From assembly GCA_031409275.1 (NCBI GenBank), contig JANNXA010000034.1, positions 32,001 through 96,000 on the forward strand: DNA of 64,000 nucleotides. Direction: 5' to 3'. The notes below the pieces were generated by a model that was not told the DNA's origin, searched no databases, and saw nothing but the letters and a program-made list of their open reading frames with translations. Both the position numbers and the translations under genes were made by a program. Shown here in pieces: positions 37,062 to 46,997 of the stretch; the stretch's first letter is position 1; every line of letters starts with the position of its first letter. This stretch comes from Planctomycetota bacterium. Lineage in GTDB: Bacteria > Planctomycetota > B15-G4 > SIAN01.

Positions 37062-38645
37062 TCAGCGGCGCGCGAAGCTCACGCGCTCCCGGCGTGGCGC
37101 GCCGCTGATCGGGTCCTTGCTCGCCGCGCCGAGGTCGAAGTCACGCGCCGTGCCGCGGTCAAGGTCGCTCGACGGCCGGGCTCGCGCCAGCGCCGCTTGC
37201 CACGCCTCGTGCTGCGCTTCCGGAAAGGGCGCCTCGTTGTCGCGATAGGTGACGGTCCAGAGGTGCCCGCCCGGCCCTGTCGCATCGGGCGCCCACAGCA
37301 GCTCGACGCCGCGTTGGCGGGCGAGCAGCAGCAGCTCGTAGCGCAGCCGCCCTGCCGAGCCGCGCCAACCGCGCAGGTCGGGGCCGACGGTGTTCTCCGC
37401 GTAAGCGCCAAAGACCGCGATGCGATCACCTGGCGCGAGCTGCTCTGAGAACCACTGAAACGCCGCGCGGCTGTTGCGATCCTGCGCGGTCTTGTAGGGC
37501 TGAAGGACGTCGCGCACGGCGCTGCCAAGCGCGAAGAGCGCGAGTGCCAGCGTCGCGATGCGACCGGCCGTGACCGCGCCCCGCGCACCGCGCCAACGCG
37601 CCGTGATGGCGACGACGCCGCTGGCCGCCAACAGGCAGATCGGTACCGCGAGGTGGAGCGTGATGCGGGCGCTGCCACCGAAGGGGTACTTGCGCAGCGC
37701 GGAGGCGACCAACATCGGGAGGAGCGGCGCCAGCAGCAGCAGCAACGGAACGCGCCGACCGCGTCGCCACCACGCGACGGCGCCGGCGACGACCAGCAGG
37801 AAGGTCGCGCTCGAGCCGAAGTTCGGGCCTCCATTGGGGTAGGCGAGCATGTTCCCGGTCAGCTCGCGCAGCAGCCACCAAGGCCAGCGCCACGGCGCCG
37901 ACAGAGGCAGAAAGGCATCGGCCCAGTGGCGCGCGTCGGCGATGCGCTCCTCGCTCCACTGCTGCGCGTGGCCGAAGGCGAAGTACATCACCGCGAAGCT
38001 CGTCAGGATCGTCGCACCCGCAAGCAGCGCCGCCATGCGTCGTTCGCGCCGCGCCCGCATCGCCAGCACGACGCCGCAGCCCGCCGCCACGAAGATCGCC
38101 GGGTAGCTGCACCACACCGCGACCGCACCGATCAGCGCGAAGCGCAGCCACGCTCGTCGCTCGTCGCGCGCCACCCGCAGCGCCGCGTCGTAGAGCAGCA
38201 CGCCCGCCAGCAGATCGAAGGCGTAGGGCTTCACCTCGGCGCCGTGGCGGATCAAGTAGTAGGAGCCGCCGAACCAGGCGATGGCGGCCAGCGCCGTGAC
38301 GCGCGGCAGCAGCCGACGCGCGACTCCGGCGAAGAGCAGCAGCGCCGCGATGCCGGCCAGCAACGCAGGCAGCCGCAGCACCAACGTCTCACCGCCGAAG
38401 TGCTGCACCAGCCAGCCGGTCGGCAACAGCCAGCCAAGCGGCACGACCATCTCGAACTCGAGCGGCTGCAGCAGTCCGTGTCGATCGCGCGCCAGCAGGC
38501 TGCACGCGACGAATGCCTCGTCGCCCCAGATCGGGAAGTCGACCGCGTAGCGAACCACTCGCGCCGCCAGCGCGAGCGCAACGACGATCCAGAGCGCCCT
38601 TCGCCCGCGCATCGCGGCGTGCAGAGCGCGCCGCAGCTCGCTCAT
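37062..38645 (-). CDS. GT-C fold membrane glycosyltransferase (GT39/ArnT-like)
   Basis: IWGDEA, LRLPALLAG and EVKPYA motifs; many TM segments; ATGA overlap. Confidence 0.75.
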   Translation of the reverse strand: MSELRRALHAAMRGRRALWIVVALALAARVVRYAVDFPIWGDEAFVACSLLARDRHGLLQPLEFEMVVPLGWLLPTGWLVQHFGGETLVLRLPALLAGIAALLLFAGVARRLLPRVTALAAIAWFGGSYYLIRHGAEVKPYAFDLLAGVLLYDAALRVARDERRAWLRFALIGAVAVWCSYPAIFVAAGCGVVLAMRARRERRMAALLAGATILTSFAVMYFAFGHAQQWSEERIADARHWADAFLPLSAPWRWPWWLLRELTGNMLAYPNGGPNFGSSATFLLVVAGAVAWWRRGRRVPLLLLLAPLLPMLVASALRKYPFGGSARITLHLAVPICLLAASGVVAITARWRGARGAVTAGRIATLALALFALGSAVRDVLQPYKTAQDRNSRAAFQWFSEQLAPGDRIAVFGAYAENTVGPDLRGWRGSAGRLRYELLLLARQRGVELLWAPDATGPGGHLWTVTYRDNEAPFPEAQHEAWQAALARARPSSDLDRGTARDFDLGAASKDPISGAPRRERVSFARR

Positions 38646-40381
38646 CCGTTCGCGCCGCGCCGCGCCACCCACGCTTCCATCCGCGCGCTCAGCAGATCGA
38701 GCGGCAGCGCCCCTTCGCCCAGCAGCTCGTCGTGGAAGTCGCGCAAGTCGAAGCGGGGGCCGAGCTCCGCCTGCGCGGCGCGTCGTAGCTTCCAGATCGC
38801 CAGTTCGCCGAGCTTGTAGGAGAGCGCTTGCGCGGGCCACACGATGTAGCGATCGACCTCGACGATGATGTCATGCAGCGGCTTGCCGGTGTTGTTGGCG
38901 AAGTAGTCGATCGCCTGCTGGCGCGTCCACCCCAGCGCATGCAGTCCCGTATCGACCACCAGACGGATCGCGCGCCACATCTCGTAGGAGAGCTGGCCGA
39001 AGCGCGAGTAGGGATCGGCGTAGAAGCCCATTTCGTAGCCGAGCGCTTCGGAGTAGAGCGCCCATCCTTCGACGTACGCGTTGCAGCCGCCGTGGCGGCG
39101 GAACTCGGGCAGGTCGAGCTCGGCGGCCAGAGCCAGCTGCAGATGGTGGCCCGGCACCGCTTCGTGCAGCGCCAACGCCTCCATCTCCCAGCGCGGCCGC
39201 GAGTCGAGCATGCTGGTGTTGGCATAGAACCAGCCCGGTCGTCCCGCCTCGAGCGAGCCCGGCAGGTAGTAGGCCATCGTCTGCGATTCGGCGCTGAAGG
39301 CGGGCACCTCGATCACGCCGTAGGGCAGGCGCGGCAGCTTTCGCACCAGCTTCACGAGCTGCGGATCGACGCGCTTGCAGAAGTCGCGGTACTCGGACAA
39401 GAGCTGCGCCGCGCTGGTGCAATAGAAGCGCGGGTCGGTGCGCAGGAAACTGCAGAAGTCCGCGAAGCTGCCCTGGAAGCCGCTGTCGCGCACGGTCTGC
39501 TCGAGCGCGCCGCGCAGCCGCGCCACCTCTTCGAGTCCGATCTCGTGGATCGCGCGCGGCGACAACGAGGTCGTCGTCTGCTCGCGCACCTTGAAGGCGT
39601 ACCACGCCTCGCCGTCGGGAAGGTCGCGCCACGCCGTCGATGGGCGCGACCCGGGCAGGTAGCGCCGGGTGAGGAAGTCGCGCAGCGTGACCAGACGCGG
39701 CGCGATCCGCTCGCGCATCAGCGTCGAAGCGTCCTCCTTCATCAGCGTCGCCGCCGGGCCGTCGGCATGCAGGGCGGCGCTGACGATCGGCGCGAGCAAC
39801 GGGCTTTCGAGCGGATCGGCGGTGTAGAGCGCGTCGACTTGGTTCGGCACGTCGCGCAGCGTCACCTGCGGCGGCGTGATCCCGCGCGCGAGCCCTTCGC
39901 GCAGCAGCTCGAGACTCTGGTCGAGGAGCAGCGGCAGCGCCTCGAGGCGCGCCAGGAGGTCGGCACGATCGCGTTCCGTGGCCGCCGGCGCCGCGGCCAT
40001 CAACTGCACCGGATCCTGATGGACGCCGTCCATCTGGGAGATGCAGAGCAGCTCGAAGGGCCAGCGCGTCTCCTCGATCGACTGCTCGCAGTCGCGCACG
40101 AAGAGGTCGAGGTTCAACTGATCCGCGACCGCGAGCTCGCGCCGCGGCAGCGTGCGCGCAGCCGCCAGCGGAGCCTGCAGTTCGCCGCGGCGCCGCTCGA
40201 TGGCCGCGCGCGAACGATCGGAGAAGCGGTGGTTCTCGCCCGGGAAGCCGTGCCACGTCGCACGCTCGGGGAACTCGTGCATCTCCCAGGCCCAGGTCGC
40301 CTGCAGCAGCTCGTGAAGCCGCGCGGCCGCGCTGGTTGCCGGCCGTGCAGCGATCTCCTGGCAACGTCGGGCGAAGTCCAT
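38642..40381 (-). CDS. DUF885 family protein (putative metallopeptidase)
   Basis: LHEAVPGHHLQ, EGWALYSE, RAIRLVVDTGLH, EVDRYIVWPAQALSYKLG, FHDELL. Confidence 0.92.
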   Translation of the reverse strand: MDFARRCQEIAARPATSAAARLHELLQATWAWEMHEFPERATWHGFPGENHRFSDRSRAAIERRRGELQAPLAAARTLPRRELAVADQLNLDLFVRDCEQSIEETRWPFELLCISQMDGVHQDPVQLMAAAPAATERDRADLLARLEALPLLLDQSLELLREGLARGITPPQVTLRDVPNQVDALYTADPLESPLLAPIVSAALHADGPAATLMKEDASTLMRERIAPRLVTLRDFLTRRYLPGSRPSTAWRDLPDGEAWYAFKVREQTTTSLSPRAIHEIGLEEVARLRGALEQTVRDSGFQGSFADFCSFLRTDPRFYCTSAAQLLSEYRDFCKRVDPQLVKLVRKLPRLPYGVIEVPAFSAESQTMAYYLPGSLEAGRPGWFYANTSMLDSRPRWEMEALALHEAVPGHHLQLALAAELDLPEFRRHGGCNAYVEGWALYSEALGYEMGFYADPYSRFGQLSYEMWRAIRLVVDTGLHALGWTRQQAIDYFANNTGKPLHDIIVEVDRYIVWPAQALSYKLGELAIWKLRRAAQAELGPRFDLRDFHDELLGEGALPLDLLSARMEAWVARRGANG

Positions 40382-40450
40382 GCGGCGCGCGCTCCGGTCC
40401 GCGAGTCGATGCGGAAAAGCGCGAGAAACTAGCAGCGCGCGCGTCCGCCG

Positions 40451-41125
40451 TCAGGCCGTCGGCTTGGCGTCGCCGTCGTCCTTCTTCGATTCGGGTGGCG
40501 GCGGTGGCGGGGGCAGAGGGGTTGCCGCGTGACGCGCCAACGCACCGCGCGCCCGCTCGGCGACGTCGAGCTGCGAGTAGAGCTCGATCATCGTCGTCAC
40601 GTCGAGCTTCAAGTGCAGCAGCAGCAGGTCGGTCAGCTGCCCGATCGGCACGTTCTGCGGCAGGACGACGCTGGGGCTGCGCGCCTTCACGGCGACCATC
40701 AGCTCCTTGCGCAGCGGCGTGGTGTCAGCGGCGGCCGGCGGCTTCTCCGCGAGCGGCGCGACCTCGACCTTTCGGTAGGGGCGATCGCTCGAGACTTCCG
40801 TGAGGCGCACGCGCTTCAGGCCGACCACGAAGATGAGGAAGCGGCCGTCGGGGTAGCGCTCGTGGCGGGCGATCTCGCCGAGTCCGGCGATCTCGTGGAC
40901 CGGCGGCGCGCCAAGGAGCTCGTGCTCGTGGCCGGGGACCACCGTGCCCAGCACGAGGCGACCGTTGCGATCGAGGAGGTCCTCGATCATCTGGCGGTAG
41001 CGCGGCTCGAAGATGTGCAGCGGCAGCGCCGTGCCCGGGAAGAGGAAGAGGCCGGGCAGAGGGAAAAGCGGTACGACGCCATGCGAGGCGGGCGTTGCCG
41101 TGGGGCTGTCGATCGATTCGGTCAT
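40451..41125 (-). CDS. LON peptidase substrate-binding domain protein
   Basis: VPLFPL..LFPG..LPLHIFEPRYRQMI; DGR; no ATPase domain. Confidence 0.88.
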   Translation of the reverse strand: MTESIDSPTATPASHGVVPLFPLPGLFLFPGTALPLHIFEPRYRQMIEDLLDRNGRLVLGTVVPGHEHELLGAPPVHEIAGLGEIARHERYPDGRFLIFVVGLKRVRLTEVSSDRPYRKVEVAPLAEKPPAAADTTPLRKELMVAVKARSPSVVLPQNVPIGQLTDLLLLHLKLDVTTMIELYSQLDVAERARGALARHAATPLPPPPPPPESKKDDGDAKPTA

Positions 41126-41160
41126 TGGGCGCGATCGTACCGCCGCGCGCGGCAGCGCGA

Positions 41161-41649
41161 TCAGCTCGCTGGCGGCGCCGACCACGGATGACGACGGCGG
41201 AACTCGCCGAGCGCGAGGGCGGCCGCGGTGCTCTGGTTCAGCGAGCGCACCACGCCGCGCACCTGCGGGATCGAGACGCAGCGGTCGCTGCGGGCTTCGC
41301 GCAGCGGGCGCGGCAGCCCTTCGCTCTCGCAGCCGAGCACGAAGACGGTGCGCTCCTCGAAGGGCACGTCGTAGAGCGAGCGCGGCGCCTCTGCCGTGAG
41401 GAACCACGCTTCGCCCAGCGCCGGAAGCGCGGTCAGGAACAGGTCGAGATCGCGGTGGAGGCGCGGATGGACGTGCGGCCAGTAGTCGAGGCCGGAGCGG
41501 CGCACCGCGCTCGCATCGAGCGAGAAGCCGAGCGGCTCGACGAGGTGGAGTTGCGCGCCGAACGCGAGGCACGAGCGGGCGGTGTTGCCCGTGTTCCACG
41601 GGATCTCGGGCCACACCAGCGCGAGATGAAGGTCATGCGTCGGGTCCAT
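41161..41649 (-). CDS. trmL: tRNA (cytidine(34)-2'-O)-methyltransferase
   Basis: PEIPWNTGNTARSC, LHLVEPLGF, RRSGLDYW, GCESEGL, RSLN. Confidence 0.9.
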   Translation of the reverse strand: MDPTHDLHLALVWPEIPWNTGNTARSCLAFGAQLHLVEPLGFSLDASAVRRSGLDYWPHVHPRLHRDLDLFLTALPALGEAWFLTAEAPRSLYDVPFEERTVFVLGCESEGLPRPLREARSDRCVSIPQVRGVVRSLNQSTAAALALGEFRRRHPWSAPPAS

Positions 41650-41715
41650 CGCCGCGAATGTACGCGCGCGCCGTCTCGATAGCGTTGGACGCGATCGAGT
41701 CGCGGGGAGGAAGCC

Positions 41716-43323
41716 ATGCGCAGTGCCGTTTCACGGATCCTGGCGGGAGTGAGCGTCATCGTGCTCGCGGTCGCGGGAGGGGGCGCGCGCGCACGCGAGG
41801 TCGCGAAGCCGCCCGAACTGTGGCTCTACCTCTCCACCAACCTGCTCGTGGACGAGAACGTCGCGAAGGCGCAGGCGCTGCTCGAGCGGGCCGCGCGCGC
41901 CGGCTACGCCTGCATCGTGCTGGCGGACCACAAGCTCTCGCTGCTCGATCAGATGGAGGAGCGCTACACCGGGAACGTGCAGCGTTTCCTGGCGACCGCG
42001 CGCGAGCAGAAGCTGCGCGTGGTGCCGGCGATCTTCCCGGTCGGCTACTCGGAAGGGCTGCTGCACCACGATCCGAATCTGGCCGAAGCGCTGCCGGCGA
42101 AGGCGGTGCGCTTCGTGGTGCAGGACGGGAAGGCACGCGAAGTGGCGCAGCGCCAGGAGCTGCTGCAGCCGGAATGGAAAGACGAGTGCTGGCACGAGGA
42201 GGCGCCCGGCGCGTGGCGCTGTCGCGCCCCCAACGGCAATGCGCGTGTCGTCTTCCGCGTGAAGGTGAAGCCGTGGCATGCCTACCACGTCGCGTTCACC
42301 GTGGAGACCAAGGAGTTCGAGGGCGAGCCCAAGGTGCAGGCGCTGGTGGGGGATCGCGGGCTGATCTTCTCGAACCTCGGCGCCGCGCGCACCCAGCCGC
42401 CGACGCTCCATCACGCCGTCTTCAACTCCTTCGAGCACGAAGAGCTACGGCTCTACTTCGGTGCGTGGGGCGCCGGCGGCGGGGATCTCGTCGTGAGCGG
42501 CGCGTCGCTCGAGGTGGCGGGAATGGTGAACCTCGTGCGTCGCGACGGCGCGCCGTTTCAGGTTCGCGACGTCGGCGGTCGGTTGCTGAAGGAGGGGCGT
42601 GACTACGAGCCGGTTCGCGATCCGAAGATGGGGGTGACGCCCTGGGTCGGCTCGTTCGACGTGTGGCACGAACCGCCCGCCATCGCCACGCGGCTTCCCG
42701 ATGGCACTCCGCTCGACGTCAGCTTCCATCACGTCGTCACGGTACACGACGGTCAGGTGATGATCTGCCCGTCCGAGCCGGCGACGCTCGCCGCACTGGC
42801 CGATCAGGCGCGCCGCGTCGCGGAGTTGTTCGGCCGCGAGGCCTTCTTCCTGTCGCACGACGAGATCCGCGTGCTGAACCAGGACGACTCGTGTCGGCGC
42901 CGGGGCCTCGATGCGGGAGCGCTGTTGGCCGACCACGTTCGCGCCTCCACGCAGATCGTGCGCAAGGTCGCGCCCAAGAGCGAGCTGTGGATCTGGAGCG
43001 ACATGTTCGATCCGCAGCACAACGCGCACGCCGACTACTACCTGGTGCGCGGCGACCTGGCCGGCGCCTGGGAGGGGGTGGCGAAGGAGGTCGGCATCGC
43101 CGCCTGGTACTTCGAGCAGCGCGACACGAGCCTGAGCTTCTTCAAGCAGCGCGGCCACCGATTGCTGATCGCCGGCTACTACGACGGCCCGGTCGCGGCG
43201 ATCGACGAGTGGCTCGTCTCGGCGAAGGCCGTGGGTGGCGTTGCCGCGGTGATGTACACCACCTGGCAGGCGCGCTACGACGACCTCGAGGCGTTCGCCG
43301 CGCGGGTGCGCGCCGCGAAGTGA
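41716..43323 (+). CDS. Secreted hypothetical protein, GH20-like TIM barrel with CBM-like insertion
   Basis: GAGG RBS; signal peptide; FFLSHDEIR, WIWSDMF, IAGYYD, MYTTW. Confidence 0.6.
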   Translation: MRSAVSRILAGVSVIVLAVAGGGARAREVAKPPELWLYLSTNLLVDENVAKAQALLERAARAGYACIVLADHKLSLLDQMEERYTGNVQRFLATAREQKLRVVPAIFPVGYSEGLLHHDPNLAEALPAKAVRFVVQDGKAREVAQRQELLQPEWKDECWHEEAPGAWRCRAPNGNARVVFRVKVKPWHAYHVAFTVETKEFEGEPKVQALVGDRGLIFSNLGAARTQPPTLHHAVFNSFEHEELRLYFGAWGAGGGDLVVSGASLEVAGMVNLVRRDGAPFQVRDVGGRLLKEGRDYEPVRDPKMGVTPWVGSFDVWHEPPAIATRLPDGTPLDVSFHHVVTVHDGQVMICPSEPATLAALADQARRVAELFGREAFFLSHDEIRVLNQDDSCRRRGLDAGALLADHVRASTQIVRKVAPKSELWIWSDMFDPQHNAHADYYLVRGDLAGAWEGVAKEVGIAAWYFEQRDTSLSFFKQRGHRLLIAGYYDGPVAAIDEWLVSAKAVGGVAAVMYTTWQARYDDLEAFAARVRAAK

Positions 43324-43373
43324 CGGCTCTCGCTACGCTGCGCACCCCTCGCGCCCTTCCGGAGACGCTCTGC

Positions 43374-43862
43374 ATGACTCCCGCCGGCCTGCTGCCGCTC
43401 TGCCCGACCTGCTTCGATCGCGTGCTGGCGTGGAGCGCCGCCAAGTGCCCGAGTTGCGCGAAGGACTCGGCCGTCGCCCAATGCGACAGTTGCCAGAAGT
43501 CGCGAGCGGGCGCCTTCGTGCCGGAGGCTGCGACGAAGGACGGATCGAGCGGTGGCGCCCAGCGCTTCGTCTGCTCCGATTGCATGGAGGAGATGTTCGA
43601 GAGCAACGTCTCCGACACGATGTTCAACGCCGTGTTGACCGTCGGCCTGAGCGTCGTCGCCGTGCGCTACTACGGACGCTTCACCTTCCTGCCGGTGGTG
43701 ACGGTGGTCCTCTTCGCGGCATCGCTGGTCTGCCTTGCGATCTGGTGGCAGGCGGCGGCGCGGCGACGAACTCCCAAGCGCTGGTCCACCTCCGCGTGGA
43801 AGCTCTTCGCGAAGCGCGTCGAGAAGGTGATCGCCAAACGACCCGGCGCCCGCTCGCGTTGA
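43374..43862 (+). CDS. Double zinc-ribbon membrane protein
   Basis: Four CxxC motifs (CPTC, CPSC, CDSC, CSDC) then 2 TM helices; GGAG RBS; alternative GTG 43320. Confidence 0.6.
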   Translation: MTPAGLLPLCPTCFDRVLAWSAAKCPSCAKDSAVAQCDSCQKSRAGAFVPEAATKDGSSGGAQRFVCSDCMEEMFESNVSDTMFNAVLTVGLSVVAVRYYGRFTFLPVVTVVLFAASLVCLAIWWQAAARRRTPKRWSTSAWKLFAKRVEKVIAKRPGARSR

Positions 43863-43898
43863 GGGGCGCCGTGGCGTCGAGTCGAACTTGCGGCGCTC

Positions 43899-44609
43899 TC
43901 AGTTCAGCGCGCGCCAGAGTTGACCATCGACCGACGGCGCTGGATTGCCCGCCATCGAGAAGACGCCGGTGATCAGACCGGTCGAGCCGGTCTCGAAGGC
44001 GGCATCGGGTGGCGGCACGTTGCCGAGTCCCGAGTAGGTGCCGTTGGTGCCACCGACATTGTCGGACTGCACGAGGTCGCCGCCCTGGTTGACGGCGAAG
44101 ACGCGCTTGCCCGCGGTTCCGTAGCCCGCGGGCCACGCGTAGCAGACCCAGGCCACCTCGCAGAGGTTCGGATCTTCGCCGGCCGGCGAACCGCCGCCGC
44201 CCGCTTCGGTCACTGGCGCACCGCCGGGTGCCGGCAGCGCGAGACGGAAGACGTAACCCGACTTGGACACGACGCCGTTCGCGTTCACGACTCCGAGCGA
44301 GCGGGCGAGCGACGAGGGCGTCATGATCGCGCCGCCGTTGGGACCGGTGTTGTCGCGCACCGGCACCATGCCGCCCATTTCGGCGAACCAGCAGTACTCG
44401 CCGAGGCCATCGGTGTCCTGGTCGATCACCGCGGCCGTCTGCGCGACCGACTGCGCCGAGACGATGTGCTTCATCGTCGAGATCGCGGCCGATTCGTTGG
44501 CGCCGATGCGTGCGGACAACAGGTTCGGAAGCGCGATCCCCGCGATGATGGCGATCATCGAGACGACGATCAGCAGCTCCATCAAGGTGAAACCGTTTTG
44601 ACGACGCAT
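43899..44609 (-). CDS. Prepilin-type N-terminal cleavage/methylation protein (DUF2950-like C-terminus)
   Basis: GFTLMELLIVV, IALPNL..AR..ANE.AA, KSGYVF, AWP..YG..GKRVFAVN; GGAGG RBS. Confidence 0.88.
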   Translation of the reverse strand: MRRQNGFTLMELLIVVSMIAIIAGIALPNLLSARIGANESAAISTMKHIVSAQSVAQTAAVIDQDTDGLGEYCWFAEMGGMVPVRDNTGPNGGAIMTPSSLARSLGVVNANGVVSKSGYVFRLALPAPGGAPVTEAGGGGSPAGEDPNLCEVAWVCYAWPAGYGTAGKRVFAVNQGGDLVQSDNVGGTNGTYSGLGNVPPPDAAFETGSTGLITGVFSMAGNPAPSVDGQLWRALN

Positions 44610-44715
44610 CGTGAGCCTCCCAGGTTCGTTCCTGGGTCGGTTGTCGTCGGCTGCGGGTTTCCACTCAAGGGTCGTGGGCGCGTCGGCACGTCGAACGGAA
44701 GCGATTGCGCGTCGT

Positions 44716-46800
44716 TCAGGGCTTCACGAGGTGGCGCGCCGCCCAGGTGGCCAGCGCCGGGCGGGTCGCCGCAAGCGCCGCCAGAGCCGTACGGGCCTCG
44801 CCGCTCGTCGCATCACGCGCCATTTCGAGCAATTGCAGCGCGGCGCCGTCGTCGAGGCCCGGCAGCGCATCGCGCACCCGTGCGATCGCGTCCGACTCGC
44901 GCGCGCCGTCGAGGCGAGCGGTCGCCGTGGCGCGCGGGCTCGACCAGCCGGCGACATGGTCGCGATCGATCCAGATCGGATTGGTGATCGCCAGCGCACG
45001 CGGCAGGCTCATCGGCCAGTAGGGGGCGGTCACCTTCGGCGCGCTGGCGATCGCCACCAACCAGCTGTCATGGTCGGGGACACGCACGCGCACGCGGCGC
45101 ACGCGCTCGCGCGGGCCGTCGCCTGGCTGCATCTCGTCGAGCGCAACCGCTGCGGCCAACGTGCCGTCGATGACGATCTCGACCTGCTTCGGCGTGATCC
45201 ACGCCGGGTGGCGCACGCGCACCAGCGCTTCGACCTCGTCGCTCGCCGGCTCGACCGTGTCGCCCATGCCGCGCCCCTCGATCTCGATGGTGGCAAACAG
45301 GCCGTAGCTCACGCTGACTCGTCCTTCCTTGAACGCGCGGCAGGCGGCAGCGACGTCGATCTGCGCCGGATCGTCGGTGACGCTCGGCACGTAGGTGCGC
45401 CCCTGACCGACGATGACTCCGACCGCGTGCGAATCGGACGAACCGATCGCGGTGAAGCGCTCGCCGCGATTGAGCAGCGCAAACCACGCGGGGAGCACGC
45501 CTTCCGGAGGCGCCGTCGGGCCATCCGAGTTGACGATCTCGATGCAGTCGAACAGGAAGCGCTGACCGGTGCCGCGCTCGCCGCTCTGATCGTCGAATCG
45601 AAACGCCGTGAGCGGATCCTTGCCGTTCTCTGGCCAGCGCGGGTGATTCAGGATCACGACCTGCGCCCCCTTGGCTCGGATCCCCTCGACGAGCTTGCCC
45701 CAGTCGGTCTCCTTCCAAGGCGGGACGTCGGTCCCGGCCGGCAGCGGGAAGGCGTTCATGTGGCCGTTGTCGCTGGTCACTTCGTTGCCGACGACGGGCG
45801 TGAACCACCGCGTCAGTTGCAGGGCCTGCTGCGTCGGCCGGTAGTCGATCTGATGGTTGTGGTCGGTCGCGATGGGCAGCTCGAGCCCTTCGCCCGCGAT
45901 CGTGAACATGCGCTCTACGACCGTGGCGTCGCCATGCCCGCTGTGCGTCAGCGTGTGGATGTGGGTGTCGCACGCGACCCAGCCCGCCGTGTCGACCTCG
46001 CGCGCGATGACCAGCTCGACCTTGCGCGTGGCGCCGGTCACGACCTCGACGGCGACCTGCGCGACGCTCCATTCCATGCCGCGGCCGGCCCACACCGTCA
46101 CCGGGCCGGGCGGCAGCTCGAGCAGCGCGTGGCCCGCCTGCGTGTAGGCGATGCCGCGGCGCACCGCGGTGGAGCGCGCGTCGGCGTAGTAGAGCTCGAC
46201 GAGTGCGCCGCCTCGGTCGGTGAAGGTGAGGCGCGCGGGCAGCGGCTCGCCGTCGGGATCGTGCACGTCGACCTCAAGGCGCCCGAGCTGCAGCGCTTCG
46301 CGAAGCGAGCGCTGTTCGAGCCGCGCGCGGCCGACCAGCATGTCGTCTTTGGGGTCGCTGGCGATGATGCGCAGCTCGTTCTTGCCGGTCGCGACCGCGC
46401 CGGGCGGCACCACGAAGCGCAGCTCGGTCAGCGCCTTCACGCGCGCCAGCAGGCCGAGCGCCCGCCCATTCAGCTCGACGCTCCAATCGCTGTCGATGTC
46501 GCGTGCCGACAGGTAGAGCAGCCACTCGCCGGCGTTGGCCGCCGCCTCGAAAACGATCACCAGCGGAGCGGCCTCGGGTGGCGCGGGCGCCTCGGTCCAC
46601 TCCGGAGTCGGGTCGTCGCCGACGTGATGCAGCGTCGCGTCGAGCACTCGGCCCTCTACCTGTTGCGGTGCCAGGTCATGGCTGGCGGCGGTGAGCAGCA
46701 GCGGTGCGCTGGCGAGCGCGACCGCGAAGAGCGCGAGGCAGCGCGCGACCGCCCCTTGGCGAGTCGTCCGCGGCGAGCGAGCGCGAGTCGTCATCGTCAT
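44716..46800 (-). CDS. CehA/McbA family (PHP-like) metallohydrolase, secreted
   Basis: CDTHIHT..HSGHGD, ATDHN, GNEVT..GHMN, NHP, SSDSH; start uncertain (46800 or 46794). Confidence 0.85.
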   Translation of the reverse strand: MTMTTRARSPRTTRQGAVARCLALFAVALASAPLLLTAASHDLAPQQVEGRVLDATLHHVGDDPTPEWTEAPAPPEAAPLVIVFEAAANAGEWLLYLSARDIDSDWSVELNGRALGLLARVKALTELRFVVPPGAVATGKNELRIIASDPKDDMLVGRARLEQRSLREALQLGRLEVDVHDPDGEPLPARLTFTDRGGALVELYYADARSTAVRRGIAYTQAGHALLELPPGPVTVWAGRGMEWSVAQVAVEVVTGATRKVELVIAREVDTAGWVACDTHIHTLTHSGHGDATVVERMFTIAGEGLELPIATDHNHQIDYRPTQQALQLTRWFTPVVGNEVTSDNGHMNAFPLPAGTDVPPWKETDWGKLVEGIRAKGAQVVILNHPRWPENGKDPLTAFRFDDQSGERGTGQRFLFDCIEIVNSDGPTAPPEGVLPAWFALLNRGERFTAIGSSDSHAVGVIVGQGRTYVPSVTDDPAQIDVAAACRAFKEGRVSVSYGLFATIEIEGRGMGDTVEPASDEVEALVRVRHPAWITPKQVEIVIDGTLAAAVALDEMQPGDGPRERVRRVRVRVPDHDSWLVAIASAPKVTAPYWPMSLPRALAITNPIWIDRDHVAGWSSPRATATARLDGARESDAIARVRDALPGLDDGAALQLLEMARDATSGEARTALAALAATRPALATWAARHLVKP

Positions 46801-46826
46801 CCCCCGATCGAATCGGCGGCCGAGGA

Positions 46827-46944
46827 TATCCCGCCTGATTCACGATCACCGTGGCGAGGCGCCGGAACGTCGGCTCCGAACGACAAGGAGAGGCGCGTCC
46901 TCCCGACCGGTCCGCAGCAGGGGCTTCGTGAACGACGCGGGATA
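46827..46944. repeat. Inverted-repeat-bounded 118-bp intergenic segment
   Basis: tatcccgc-ctga-ttcacga (46827-46845) vs tcgtgaa-cgac-gcgggata (46926-46944), 15/19 complementary. Confidence 0.45.
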
Positions 46945-46997
46945 GAGTCGCGCCGTGCCGCGCCGCGAACCGCGCGCGCTCGCGGAAGGAGATCACC

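Noticed and set aside
40381..40453. In-frame TGA read-through fusing the LON-domain gene to DUF885
   Set aside because: The frames coincide, but the TGA follows a low-complexity tail, the linker looks non-coding, there is no Cys-type context, and both domains are complete.
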